This document shows, piece after piece, positions 15,101-30,100 of a stretch of DNA of 64,000 nt. Under the pieces are notes generated by a model. It was not told where the DNA came from. It did not search any database and was given only the letters and a program-made list of their open reading frames with translations. The DNA is from Eledone cirrhosa (lineage: Eukaryota): NCBI GenBank assembly GCA_964016885.1, contig OZ024741.1, positions 298,220,001 to 298,284,000 of the forward strand, read 5' to 3'. Positions within the stretch are counted from its first letter, which is position 1. Each line of letters begins with the position of its first letter. A program made the position numbers and the translations under genes.

Positions 15101-18100
15101 TGCAGTGGAATGTAACCCAAAACCTTGTGGCTGTGAAGTGTACTTCTTTACATAATCATGCTGACTTTGTATATAGACCAGAAAAATCTGCAAAGTACTG
15201 TATAATAAAGACATATACACACCATTATAGAAAGGATGAGGAGGTAAATGTTACCTATATCTTTTTATAACTGCAAGTTGAAATCTTCTAAGGATTTTGT
15301 TTTTTTACAAACGATAATAAGAGAAATACCTTAGTCGATGAGTTGGTTGCTTCTTATTGGTAGTAACATGCTTCTGACTTCCAGGATATAAATAAATATC
15401 TCTTTAACGCTCAATCCTCTATAAATATAATTTTTATTGTCGAAAGGAATATAGTAGGAGTCATTCTGTAATAATTCTTCACACTTCTGTAGTCATCTCC
15501 TTGTCTCTCGTGTACTGTGGTTTTCACCAATTTACCATTGGTCTGTTTAACCTTATTGCATATGAAAATGTTGCTATTGCAAGGTACGACGTAGTTCCAC
15601 TACACCATTGTAAAATGATTTCTATGAATTTTTTTTGCCATAAACTATTTCATATGGCATTTTAGATTAGTTATAGAGCCTAGAAATTAAGTCTTAAGTG
15701 TTATGTTGAGTCTAGTAGGGAGACTAAGGGATATGAATTAGTAGAGTAATTAGAGTATCAGATAGAATGTTTTGCAGAATTATTCTAGCTCTGAGTTCAA
15801 ATCAATTTTGCCTTTCATTCTTTCTCCTTTCAGGGTCAATAAATAAAATACAGGCCCAGTAGTGGGGTTGATTCTTCTCTTTCCTTCCCTACCCCTCTCT
15901 TTCTTTGTTTGCCTGTCTCTGGAAGAAATTGGCTGAGTTCAGCCCTGGAGAGGGGTAGTTACTGCCCGGTTTAAAACACCCAAGACATGCTGTATGTCAT
16001 GATGTGATTTGAGGGAGAATTGGCTACTATTTTGAGCAAATCAAGCAATCACATATTTTTCAAGGCTTTTACTTGTATTATTAAATAAGTACCAGCCTTA
16101 AAAAAGAATATACTGATAGAGTAAATCAAGGTAGAGTCCCAGCATCACTGCAGTGAGAGAGCTAAAGAGAATAATAAGCCAAGGAAATGGTTGTGTGGAA
16201 TGCAAATGTTTCATAGCCACAGTGGCTAAAATTGTGAATTTATGTATACTATAGCCAATATAATATAGCTGACATGACTCTACCATGAGTCAACTGTATT
16301 ATAACTTCACTATATGATCTCTGATAAAATATCTTATGAAACAGTCACAACAAAGAAAATGTAATCCTTTAAATTACCATATTTAAAGTCAAATGAATCC
16401 TCAGATACAGTCTGGTTTCGTACAGCCAGGTTTTTGAGCCTATGTTGATCAGCAAAATAGAGGCAGTTGTATAGTTTAATAGCAGTCACTTCATCTTGTC
16501 TCTGGAAAGATATGAATTTAAAACACGTATCACATTTGTGTCATTGTGCAAAATTATAAAGTATATACACTCTGTAAAGTGGTTGATGATCAGGACATCT
16601 AATCATAGAAAATTTGTCAAAGAATCTGGAGGACTCTTCAATTGTGTCATAGACATGGCAACCTCACTAGTGTTGGTTATTTACATGATATAATGCACCC
16701 AGTGGTTGGTAATAGGAAGGGCATTCAGCCATAGAAAACCTGCCAAACATAGGGTCGAAAAAAACTCTTAGTTATGTCAGAGACATAACAACTTTCCTAG
16801 TGTTGATGCTACAGTAAAATTCTATCTGTAGAGTGTGGAAGTACTAACCAGTATGTGACAACAGATCCAACCTTTGCTAGCAGGGAATACAAACATTAAA
16901 TGATGATGACTTCCCAATGGAGAAGCAGCTGGGGAAGGGGGCATGGGTGTGTGTGCAGTGAGGGGGTGTAATGGTGTTGAGGATAGCTGTTAGTGAGCAG
17001 TGGTGGAAGGGGGAGGGTTCAGGTCACATTGTATGTTTCAGATCGGGTCTTCTTCAGCACTGTATAGCACCAGCCAATATAACTAGGGAAAATAGCGCCT
17101 ATGCCAAGCAGTGAAACTGCACTCCTTCTCAGCACTGTATATTTACCTATGGGCCTAATAATTTATATAAATGATTTAATGATCCCACCACCATAGTGTT
17201 CTCATCCATGATAATCTGAAGGAGTTTCTTTTTTCACTCTCTGATGAAGCTTATTTGACTTTAATAGAAAGTGCTCCTAGTCCAAGTGGCGCCCTGGCAC
17301 GTGCCATGCTTGCCATACTCTAGTTACGTCTCTGGCACCAGCCGTTGTTGTCTTTAGTAATTTCTGTTGTATATACATTAATTATTCACACCTACCTGTG
17401 GATTCTTAGGCAGTGTAAAGCCATCCTGCAATATTCTCTCCAATGTCCAACTATTATCATTTTTGTTAGGCATCCAAATCAGGAAATCTTGCTGGCTTCT
17501 TAAGTCATATATTCTGTTTGCATTCATGTTGAAGGTGATTTTTATGGTTGTTTTTGTTGTTAATAGTAGTAATAGTGTTTGAAAGAATATATAAATAGAA
17601 AGAGGGATAAAAATAAAAGATCATCATTATCATTGTCCTCATTATAATTACCACCAACACCACCACCACTGCCACTGCTGCCAAAACCTCCTCCTCCTTA
17701 TCATCATCATCTCTATCAGTGGCATCATCATCCTCATTATCACCATCACCATCACCATCATCAGTAGTCTCACTGTTGTCACCATCATACAACTCCTCCT
17801 TTTATCCCTCTGCAAACATTAATCCCCCTTACCACCCCACCCCTACCACCAACATCAACAACAGAATAGCAGCATAACAACAACAATAACAACAAAAAGC
17901 AGCAACAACAACAACAATAACAACAAAAGCAGCAACAACAACAGCAACAATAATATCAGCAACAGTAACAAAAACAACAACAGCAACAACAACAACCTAC
18001 TGATTAGCCAAATTGAAGCCTTCCTCTGGCAGAGTTATTGAAGACATCAAAGAGTTGTCAAACTGTAAGCTGATGGCATGGTTGGTCACCTTATGCACAC

Positions 18101-21100
18101 TGAGCACATCTATGCCACTGATATTAAGCTGCTGAAAATCCCACTTACAGAAGTTATCCAGGATTATATCACAACAGCAGTCATACCTACAACCAAGAAA
18201 TATAATAATTTTATTTGTTTTATCTCAACTGTATTTTACAAACAAAAGTTATACCATGATGGAAATATGAAAAAAAGATAAAAACAAAATTAAGTAACAA
18301 AAAAAAAAAGAGGGAAGGGGTCAGTGCAAGATTTATCATTGTGCTTGGCTGTGCTTAAGTACAGGGCTCCATTGGCCAGGATGGGAAGGGGGTGGGTAAG
18401 AGGCTTCATAACTTAACTATCATAGGGCCTCATTTGTCCTAAATCTGGCACTGGAAGGGGTAAAGAAGGGCAGATCTGGCTGCATAGGAAAGTAAAGGAA
18501 AGGACTATAAATGAGCAGTGTGCATTATAATACATTTTTTCATATACTTTCTAATGAAATAATTCAACTTATCATAATTTCAAAACATCACTTTTGTAAA
18601 ATAGTTGGTTCCTTTTTTCATATATATCATTATACAATGGATTTTTAAAACATGACTATATTTCTAATGAAATACATTCTAATGAAATACATAATTAATG
18701 AAGAATTTTGAAGGATTTACTAAAATTATTAATTATTTCATTACTAAGATAGTATCTTAATGTAAGGTTCTTATATAAAATTATGTTGGAAGATTTTAAT
18801 TTAAATTGGAAACCTTTAAAATAGGTGGTTTTATTTCATAGAACCAGAGCCGGTTTTGGCCGGGTTGGCAAGTAACTAAAGGGTTAAATAGAAACCTTTT
18901 AAAACGGGTGGTTTTAATTCATCGAACCAGAGCCAGCTTTGGCCAGGTTAATAACAAAATAAAGAGTTAAATAGAAAGATTAAATGAGAATGTTCAAGTC
19001 TGAAATTTGATTTCTATTTTATGAGTAAAACAGAGAAAATGACCCTTAGATTCTGCATCCCAGGTTTAATGGAATATTTGACATTAAAATTTGATATTAA
19101 CTAACACTTTGCTCCAACTTTGAAAAGACATTTACCAAGCATCAGTTGATTTAGGTTCTTCAAACATCACATTGCCGCATGTAGTCAATTCGGTATCTGT
19201 TATGTACAAACCAAAATAGTAAGCTTCATCCACGAAATACATTGCTTCATTCATCTTAAGTGTTACCCTGTCACAGAAGAAGGTTGTAAAATCAGTTGTG
19301 TATACTGGGTAATGAAAATAGCAGTACTGAAATGATTTATATTAGAATTGTTATCATATTTACCAAAGATCTGACTTACTGCCCACAGCATATAACTTTG
19401 ATAACTTTGATAGGTTTCGGCCAGTATTGGCCCAGGCCATGTTTTCTCTACTAGTAAGGGTTGGATGGGTTGTCAACAGACCAGGCAGGTACTGGAAGCA
19501 GAGTGCTTGACCTTATGGTTGGCCAGGAGACTGCAACTCACTTACATATGTTTTTGCACTCTACTGAATGCTTAGAGGTACTGGCAGCCTGCAACTCACT
19601 TATATACAATCCTGAGTGCTACTGTATAAATTTTATCATGACACCAGTACGAAGGAGGTTGTCATGTCATCAACTAATCTTTCTTTTCATTCCCGGTATA
19701 ATCAGAAGTGATTAAGGATTTTCTTTTGCTTATTACTTTCAGTATGTTAACCCCTGCTTAAGTATAAAGAAGTAGAGTTGGAGCAGGGTTTTATGAATTA
19801 AAATACATATTATTGCATATTATACTGTGTTTATATGTAAATATGGACCACGTGAAACAGTAAGATAATATAGCAGCTATTAATATAACACTTCTACTCT
19901 TAACAAAGGTAGTGAATTGGCAAAGTTATTAGGGTGTCAGTTTAAAAGTGCTTCAGTATTTGTTGTAGCTCACTGCACTTTGAGTTCTAATTCTGCTAAG
20001 GTCAACTTTGCCTTTCATCATTTTGAGATCGATAAATAAGGCACCAGTCCAGTACTAGCATATGTACTTCCTCTCTCTAGCTAGCTGTCTCCCTTTTTCT
20101 TTCTCTGGATATAATTGGTTGTGTTATTAACTGGAGAAGGATGGGCTCTGCCAGGTTTAAAATGACCAAGGCATGCTGTGAGTCAGGATGGGAGTTAAGA
20201 GCCTTTTACTTTCTAACTTTACTCTTATTGAAATGCCCAGGCAGTCTGCATGATATAGTGTGACATGGCAAGCCCCTTGAATTAAAGGTCAGTCCATCTG
20301 ATAAGCTTCCACATAGTTTCTCTTAACTCAATTTCCCTCACAAGACTTGAGCCCACTTGAGGCAATGATAAAGACACTTGCTCTATGTACCATGAAACAA
20401 ACTCCTTAACTGTTTGGCCATGACTGTACACAAATAGATTGACATGCACACATGAAAATGTATGCATGCACCTACACACCCTCCTTCTCTCTCACACACA
20501 TACTACCTTTTTTTAAAAATATTTATACAAAATCATATACACTTGTACCTCTTATACTTTGCTTCACATTTCTTCAGAGTTTCTTGCACGCTCTTCAATT
20601 TTGACTGCCTGTCTCTTTCTGATAAAGGAACTTGTTTCACCTGAATAACATGCAGCAGTAACGACAACAACAGTAATGGTAGCATCAATAACATTTGAAT
20701 AATGTGTGCAGTTCATACAATATATATGAGTAAAAGTGTAAATTTAAGTAATACTGCATTACAACAAACAATGTCATAATCATCTTTATATTGACTTTTC
20801 CATGCTGGCATGAGTTGGAAAAGACTTTTCATAGCAATGTTTTATAGCTGGATGGATGCCTTTCCTGACACTAACCCTTTTAGTTACTTCTTACAACACG
20901 CATGGATATGGTGCACATATTCTAAACCAGATACACATGTATTTATAGTAAACTGGTCGGACATACAATATTATACTACATGGAAGACAGATAATAAAAA
21001 AATAATAATGAAGATATTGTGTACAGTGCTCAGGTGCACTACAACTCATCAAAAGTGTATGTATAGTACATAGGGTAATGTACAAACGTCAGGAAAATGA

Positions 21101-24100
21101 ACAGTGCATGAGTCATGATATACACATGTGTGCATGTGTATGGAAGAGGGACATCAGGTGTAGTTTTGGCGAATTTCGGGAAGCATGAGGGTTTTAAAGT
21201 ATGCAGTGTCTCAGCAGCTAACAACTGACACAGGCAGTTTGTTCCATGCTTCAGCAACTCTAAGTGTGAAAAAATGTTTCCGAAAGACATGGGAGCTGTG
21301 CTGTTTTCTGATTTTGTAGGCATGTCCACGTGTGTTAGACACATGGAGATCAAAAAGGTGCTCAGGGTTGTTGTTGGCGAGATGGTTAATAACTTTGTGG
21401 GTGTTTACCAAGTCCATTGCCAGACGACGGAGCTTCAATGAATCCATGCCCAGGGAAGCAAGGCATTCAGAGTATGGTAGGTGTCTGATGGAGGGTATGC
21501 GCTTGGTTGCATGTCTCTGAACAATTTCCAGGAGGTCAATGTTCTGAGCAAGATAGGGGTTCCAGACTGATGATGCGAATTCCAAGTGTGGTTGCACCAT
21601 AGCTGTATACATGGCTGGAGAGCAGCTAACAAAGGTCTTGCTGAGTGATACCAAGACACCTTCGGCCTTCTTGACAATTTTAGAGATGTGCTTTGTCCAA
21701 CGCAAATCGCTGCTGACAGTAATGCCCAGGTCACGTTCACAAGAGGACTTCTTGATATCAGTGTTGTGGCTGGAGTATGTCGATGCTGGATTTTTCCTCC
21801 CAAAATGCATGGTGGTACACTTGTCCACAGCCAGCTTCAGTTGCCAGTCTGTGATCCATTGCTGCATTGTGTCCTTTTGTGTGGCATAGAGTTAAAAGCG
21901 TTAGCGAAGTCAAGATAAACAACATTCATCCATGAGCCGCTGTCAGTGATCTGGGTAATGTCTTCAAGGAACTCGATAAGCTGATCACAGCAGCTGGAGT
22001 TAGGGATAAATCCAAATTGCAAGGGCCGGATGAGGCTGTGAGAGCTCCAGAAGTTCCAAAGTGTTTCTCTGACACAGGATTCCATCAGTTTGGTAATACA
22101 GCTAGTAAGACTGACTGGATGATACTTGACAGGTGATGTGCGGTTGCCCTTTTGAACAGGGGAATCACACTGGCAGTTTTCCACTGCTCCGGAGTAGCAC
22201 CATTGTTGAGACAGTATTGAAAGAAGAAAGAAAGCGTGTGCAAAAGGAAGTACACGCCACGTTTGAGAAGCAGGTATGTAACACCATCAAGACCAGGGGA
22301 GGCATAGTTTCGCTTATTCTTAAGGTGACGTCGCAGCATTGCAGGTGTAAATTCCATAGTTGTTATGGAATTTGATGTTAGAGATGGTGGAGATGGTACA
22401 TTCTGGTTTTCAACAGTAAAAATGCTTGCATAGCACTCAGCAATGAGTTCTGCGCATTCTTTGGGATCATCAGTGATCTGGCTTGTGTGGGGATTGCGAA
22501 GAGGACCAACTGGAGAGTGAGGTCTCTGCTTTGAATGTACATATTTCCAGAACACCTTACTGTCAGGATTGGTTGCTATGCACTGTTCAGATTCAAGCAC
22601 TGCCTTTTTTGTCACTTGCTTGAGATGGTTGGAAGATTTATTCTGCTTTTTTCTATTGGCATCTGATTTATGTAGTTTATATTCCCGTTCAGCATACCAA
22701 CGTTCTTTCCTGGCAAGTCGGACCGCTGAAGTTTCCCAAATTGCACTTTTGGGGTGGTTTTCTTTTTCCTCTTACGTGGCACTGATAGCTATCCATATTG
22801 AGTCCAGGATGCTCTGGAGTTTAGTGTTCACATCTCCAGAGTTATAGAACTCATGCCAGTTTGGGCGCTGTAGCCCAGTGCAGTACAAGTTCCAATCTGC
22901 TTTCTTCCAATCAAAGCAAGCAGATTGGAGATGGTTCTGGTTTTTGTTGTTGCCCGCAAGAGCCAGATTGGCAATGATCACAGCATGATCAGAGTCGCCT
23001 AGAGGTTCCTCAGTAGTACAACTGATAACCACTTCAGGAGTAGTGGTGAAGAGCAGGTCCAAAGTGTTGTCACCTCTTGTTGGAGAGGTGACTACTTGTG
23101 ACCAGTTTGAGTCCAGCACTAGCTCAAGGAAATCGTTTGCACTTTGTGGCCAACAAAAGGTTTCCCAATCAATCTCAGGATGATTGAAGTCATCTGCAAT
23201 AAACACATAAGTGGCTGTTTTCCTGGCAGCAGCTCTGAGGATATCGCAAAGCTGTGTGTCTTGATGGTAGTTTGGGGGGGCGATAAACAACACCAAGCAG
23301 AAGTGTTGACATGGTCATACGTATGTCACAGAAAAAAAAATTCTTCTTGTGATTCGTTCAAATCAACATAAGGAATTACCGAAAAATTTGAACGAATGTA
23401 GACCATCACACCACCACCATGGCAATTAATGTGGTCCTTGCAGAACAGGTTGTAGCCAGTAATGCTGAAAACCCCATCACAGAGTAAGGAATGTGCCCAT
23501 GTTTCTGTGACTGTGATGAAGTCAGGGTCGACGCTTCTGATGTAGGAGTTAAACAGATGTATCTTGTTGCATAAACTGCAAGCATTTAAGGACAACAATT
23601 TGTACCCTGCTTGCAGTTTATGATGGTGTGTAGAGGATGGCCGGTTGTTCTGGTTTAGTTTCCCAGAGTTGTTGCAGTTTTTTCATTATTGTTGAAGTAA
23701 TGTTATTGTTGTCAAGTAGCTGCAGAACATCAGACCTATATTTCAAAAGTAGCCAATGAAATGAATTATTCAATTCTTAGAAAATATAGAAAATCTTGAA
23801 TGCAGGAAAAAAACTGTGATAACAGTCGATTGCTGTAAAGAATGGCTAAGAAAATTGGGTAAAATACCCCTAAAATCAAATTCTGTACCTCTCAAATGTG
23901 GCCAGAATTTAAGAGGTACACAATTTGGCTCTCTGTAACAGCCCCTGGCCACTTTTTCTCTCTACAGGGGTATTTTACCCAATTTTCTAAGCTTTGCTTA
24001 ATAGCAATAGACTCTGTTCACAGTTATTTTCTGCATTCAAGATTTCCTACATATTTTAAGAATTTCAACTCACTCGACACTGTGATGGTTTATTTATGAA

Positions 24101-27100
24101 TTAGTCAATATTTCTAACTGTACCCAGCCTGTCTATTAATAGGGGTCACAACTTTTTTTTTCCCGCTTTAGCAAGTGGTCCCTAATTTTTTTCAGATAGT
24201 AAGGTAGTAGAAAATTAATATTATTCTGCAATAAAAGGTGATGGATTGGCAGAATTGGTAGAGTGCCATAGTAGTATTTGTTCTGAGTTCAAATCCTGCC
24301 ATGGTCAACTTTTTCTTTTATCCTTCCGGTGTTGATAAAATAAAGAACTAGTCAAGTAGTGGGGTTGATTTAACAAAGTTTGCCCTTCTTTCAAACTTGC
24401 TGACCTTGTACCTAAGTAGAAAATATTATTCTGCAGCAAGGGAATTGGGTGGTAGAATTAGTGGATCAAGAGACAATATGCCTTACAAGTATTTAGTTAT
24501 ATCTCTCTACCGTAGGAGTTCATATCCTCTTTAACCCTGTAATATTTGCCTTACTCTATATATACTATTATATTTTCATGGTAAAGGTATTACCTCACAT
24601 AATTATCTCATAATATCAAATCTATGAGATTTCGATATTGTTTATTTTGAGAACAATACCTTAACATCAATATGAGTGGCTGGTTATAGCCAGTTTGAAC
24701 AGAAAGAGGTGAGAGAATTTTGGCTGGATATGGCCAGTTTAAATGCTAAAGAGTTCAAGTCAACTTTGCCTTTTGTTTCTTCCCAGTTCAATAAAATATG
24801 TATAAGTAATATACTTGGAGGTCAACTTTGCCTTTTATCCTTGTGAGGTCTTTAACAATGTACCAGTCTAGTACTGGGGTCGATTTTTTCTTTATATCTT
24901 TTCTCACTTCCATTGTATCATTCTCTCTATCCTCCTCTGGAAGAAATCTGCTGTATTCTGACCTGGAGAGGGATGGCTTCTGCCAGGTTAAAAAATGCTC
25001 AGAAATGCCGTAATCAATACAGCGCTCCAACAACTCCCCCAGGAGTTACGCGACCACGCAAGCATGCAATATACTTGGAGAAAAGAGGCACTGCCAAGCA
25101 TTTCTAAAGCCCATTGAATTGCCATGATGGAGACACAGTCAAATATCTAGAGTATCAATCCAATAACTAGCTGCACCAGTTATGGAAATTTGATTGATTG
25201 ATTTGAATATACTATGAATCAATTCAATTAACTATATCTTTTCCCCTATAAAGATTTGATGACATGCTAGTGCAAGATATCAATATTATATGAAAGAATT
25301 GTTCTGAGTTAAAATCCAACTGAAATTAACTTAGTCTTTCATCCTTCCAGGGTTGATAAAATAGGGTACCAGTCAAGTACTTGGGTTGATTAATTGATTA
25401 TACTCCCACCCATCTTGAATATTGTGGACTTGTGATGATGATGATGACAATAACAATGGCATTGATGATGATGGCAATGATACTGATGGTGATGATGATG
25501 ATGTTGGTGATGATGATGACAATGATGATGATAGTGATGCTGATGATGTTGAGCATGATAATAATTGCTTCTACTTTTGGCACAAGGCTAGCAATTACCC
25601 CAGTGCATTACTGGTGCTTTATTTTATCGACCCCTGTAAGGATGAAAAGCAATGTTAACCTCAGCGGGATTTGAACTCAGATTATAAAGGGCGGTAACTC
25701 TATTCTGCAAAGCATGGCGTCCGACTCCCTAGTGATACTGCCAATCCACCGCCCTTGAGGATGATAATAATGCAGAGGCGGTTGATGCTAACAGTAACAA
25801 AAACAACAAATGCCAACATACCATTTGAAGAAGTCTGGAGAGCTGTTCCACATACATTTGGTAACCTGTGAGGAGTCTTGATTTTAATTTCAAAGCTGCA
25901 TTTAACCAGCATTTCTTCTGATTTTCCAATTCTTTCTTCTTGGTGTCATAAAACATGCACTTCTTCTCCATTGTTGCCTGTGACAATAAGTTCAAAAATT
26001 TTAAATACTGAAGAAAAGCTGCAAATCAATTAAGGTGTCTATTAATAAGAAGAGCATGTGGCAAATTAGCAGAGATGTTAGAGCAGGGGTGTACAACATA
26101 TTCCATTGGTGGGCCACTTTTGAACATTGGAACAACTATTAGGGCCATTAATATTTATTAAGCACCATTCCAAAGATTCACCACAACTTCTTTCCATAAC
26201 ATGAAACTGGGAAATTATAACACACATAACCCTATCAGTAAAGCCCTTTAGTATAGGTCAACTAACAGAAAATTGTATTACGGTTACGAAAAAAATTCTA
26301 AATAAGTCTACAAGGTAAAACTTAAAATCGGTCATCGCGGGCCACTCTGGCTGGTCTGGCAGGCTGGATTGTGGCCTGCGAGCTGCCTGTTGCATGCCCC
26401 TGTGTTAGAGCATTAGATAAAATGCTTAGCAGTATTTGTTTTGGCTCTCTGCTCTCTGATTTCACTTTTGAGGTTGATAAAAAAGTACCAGGCAAGTACT
26501 GGGGTCGGTTCTTCCTCTATAACTTTTTCTCACTTCCTCTTTTCACTCTCTATCCATCTCTGGAAGAAATCTACCCCCCCCCCTCCTGTTTATTAAATTT
26601 TGCTAATCAATCTATCTAATTTATTTTAAGTGGTAGCATTCCTGCGACAATTATCTTTAGACATTAAAAAACATTATACATGACAAAAAAAGAACATTAC
26701 AAGAAATCTTATCTATATATATAAAACTGAGGTTGTCTGTCTGTCTGTCTATCGATTTTTGGCACACATCTCCTCTTAGAATCTCTCACGGAATTGCACC
26801 GAAATTGCTATACTTGTACATTGAGCCCTAGCGAAGACATCGGAAACAAAATATTTCAAATTGACCCGCCCTATCTGACGAAATCGAATATAATGTATCG
26901 ATTTTTGAGCGTAAGTGATGAGTTATTTCCCTTTGTTCTGTTTACATTCAGCGTAGCGGCTTACGTTCTCTTTACATTTTCTGCGTGCAAAAATTAAAAA
27001 AATGATTTCCCTTTGTTCTGTTTACATTCAGCGTAGCGTCTTACGTTCTGTTTACATTTTCTGCATGCAAAAATAAAAAAAATTACGCTGGCTTTCTCAG

Positions 27101-30100
27101 CGTTTAAAATGACATTAACACAATACACGAACAGTTGTCGAGCCAGCAAAATTTTGACCTGCAAAATTCATCAGTTCGAACACTATGCTTCCGTTTTGCT
27201 TCATTTCCATTTAAAAGCCTTTTAAAACAATATTTTTACTTGAAAACAAGTCTATTTAAAGACTACGTAAAACAAGCAAATATTTCGTAAAAAAAAAGCA
27301 AAAATTATATAAGTTTATTTAAAATATATGTATCTGTAAATTTCGTTAGGCGTGCAGACAGACAGTCGTGCAGACAGACAGTCGTGCAGAGAGGTGATAT
27401 AGGCGTGCAGACAGACAGACATGCAGAGAGGTGATATAGGCGTGCAGACAGACAGTCATGCAGAGAGGTGATATAGGCGATTATTTCCCTTTTATGGAAT
27501 GAGCAGACGATTAGCGAATGTGCAGACGATTAAGTAAATCTTTAGTAGAGTGAATTGGAATCTCCAGTTTGTTTAATAGCTTCATTTGCACTGTACTGCC
27601 TTTGTATGCTACAACGCTTTAAAAGTTCGGCGAGTTCATTACTTCGTAAGTTATTGATATTTATTTTTTTATTACGACGGTTAGCAAACTTTCCCTATTA
27701 AACGTTTAAATTAATTTTACGGTCTTATAAGGCTGAATTTACTTTAATTCGGGTTATCGTTATGTTTTCTTAACTTCATAAGGCATATTGTTGGTTGAGG
27801 GAATATTAATCAAAAACACCACATGCAAGTCTGCACAGTAGACACTACAGTTTTTAAGCCAAAAAAGAAACTTAACATTGTAACTTTAACACAGCTACTG
27901 AGCGACCCCGAGCAACGCCGGGCTTTACTGCTAGTATGCTATAAAATAAATAGGATGAGTTGGGGTTTCAATATGTAAACTAAATGACTAATTCTGGTTT
28001 AAAAAAAAAACAACGGAGACAACCTTGAAAAATTATCGATTTTCCATCCCCAACACCACCCCTATTATTTGGGGAGTACTTCAATTGTCACAGAGCATAT
28101 TGAATCTAATATTTTAGGCCCCAGAGAGAGAGAGAGAGAATCTAATGTTGTCCCTTTCACCTTAAGGTGGTTAATGATTGCTTGTATATGTTTGCATGTG
28201 TGAATGTATATTTATATATTTGTCTGATTCAGTGTAGTACGCTTAGTGTGATATGTGATGTATATTTTCATGAATATCTCTATGAATATCAAGGGCAGTG
28301 AAAATGGGGGTGAGAACATGCCCCCTCCCCGTCACCCCAGTAACAAGCCCCTTCTCCCCAATAATTTGATAATAACAGTATAATATATGATGTTAACCTT
28401 CATAGCAAATATTTTTTCATGTCATAACTTTTTCTCCATAGTATGTGTATTCAGAGACAGATTTCATAGGTCATTTTGCTATAATCACTTTATAATTATT
28501 GAAAACTGTAAATGTAATATGACCTGCTTGGACTCAAATTACATTTTCTGACCATTTTAGAGTGCAAATAGCTAAACTAACCACTACAACAAAATTGACA
28601 AAATTTGCCTCCCTCTCCATCCCAATTCAGAAATGCTTCCACTGCCCCTGATATGCATGTTTGCATACATATATTTGTTTGTTTGGCTATTTATCAAAAT
28701 GGTTGACAGATGGCATCACTGTGTCTGTCTGTATGTCCCCCCCCCCCTTTTTAAAAATCAAAATGACTATCTATTGGTCACTCTCTGTCTGTCTTTGTCA
28801 GTCTGTCCCAATCTGTAATTCTTTAGTAAGTTTACACCAATAGTGTATTCTCGGGTTGCAAATAATCGTCCCCACAACTCTTATTAATCTACCCCCCCCC
28901 CCATCCTTATACCTCTCCATCCAACCCAGCTTATTAAATTATGCCAATCTATCTCCAGCGTGAAATTTTATTTTAAGTGGTAGCATTCCTACGACAATTA
29001 ATTTTCTTTAGATATTAAAAAACATTATACATAACAAAAAATGTACATTACTAAAAATCCCATACATTATAAAATAAATAGAATGGGTTGGGGTCTCAAT
29101 GTGTAAATGAAACGACTAATTCTGGTTTGAAAAAAAAAAATCAACAGAGACAACCTAGAAAAATTACTGATTTTCCACCCTATTATTTGGGACCCGAGAG
29201 TAGATTCTCATGATATTCAAAATCTTCAAACCTCAACAGCCTGTGAAATTTCTAGTGATGCCACATTATAGGTGTCCAGAGTTTGCAGGTGTGGGATCCG
29301 ATATATAACATAGATTGAGTAGTTCCATAGCAATGACACAGGGTTAGGCAAGTAGTTGGGGTCTTTGAATGATAGATGTTGTAATTCCAGTAGTTGGCAT
29401 ACGGGTGATAGATCCTGAAACAGAGAGGTTTCTCATAAATGATGATGATGATGATGATGATAATGATGATACTGATAACAATAATGGCAACGATGGTGAC
29501 AAATGTGGTGATAATGATGATTGTGATGGTGACAATGGTAATGATGATGATGATGACAAGTGGTGATAATGATGATGATCATGAGGATAACTGTAATAGT
29601 GACAATGGTAATGATGGTGATAATGATGATGATAACAATGACAGCAACAACAACATCATGGGTGATCTGGCCTTGTGGAAGAGGTCAAAAGATACAGGTC
29701 ATATTCATAAGATCAGAGCATTAATTTGTATTACATAGCAAATATTAATTTCTTTGACTAGCTAAAAAGATCCAACTTCCTTTTAATCAATGATTCAACC
29801 TCATTATTTTCAGCTAACCTCAGCGGGATTTGAATTTAGATTGTTACGGCCACTTATGATCTGAGTTCAAATCCTGCCAAGGTTAGATTTGCCTTTCATC
29901 CCAACGTGTCAATAAAATAAAGTACCAGTAACACACTGAGGTCAATTTAATCGACTTTACCCTTCCTTTCAAATTGCTGGCCTAGTGCCAAATGTAGAAA
30001 CAATTCATCATCATCATCATCGTTTAACGTCCATTTTCTACTTCCTCAATCTGACATCATAAAGAATGGAATATTAAGCTAGCTGTGGTGATAACACAGA

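Noticed and set aside
15220-15660. Coding-looking minus-strand stretch with splice-like sites
   Set aside because: Stops in the required frames; the expected LRRC9 segments were found at 17396-17513 and 16378-16501. Possibly an unidentifiable transposon relic.
24788-25033. ORF MLERCID... as a possible extra LRRC9 exon
   Set aside because: Overlaps a dispersed repeat also seen near 15940, 20130 and 50440; no good splice sites; exons 7 and 8 already join in phase.
25398-25674. Poly-Asp and poly-Met ORFs (similar ones at 29344-29738 and 17505-17792)
   Set aside because: Degenerate trinucleotide repeats with no gene context.
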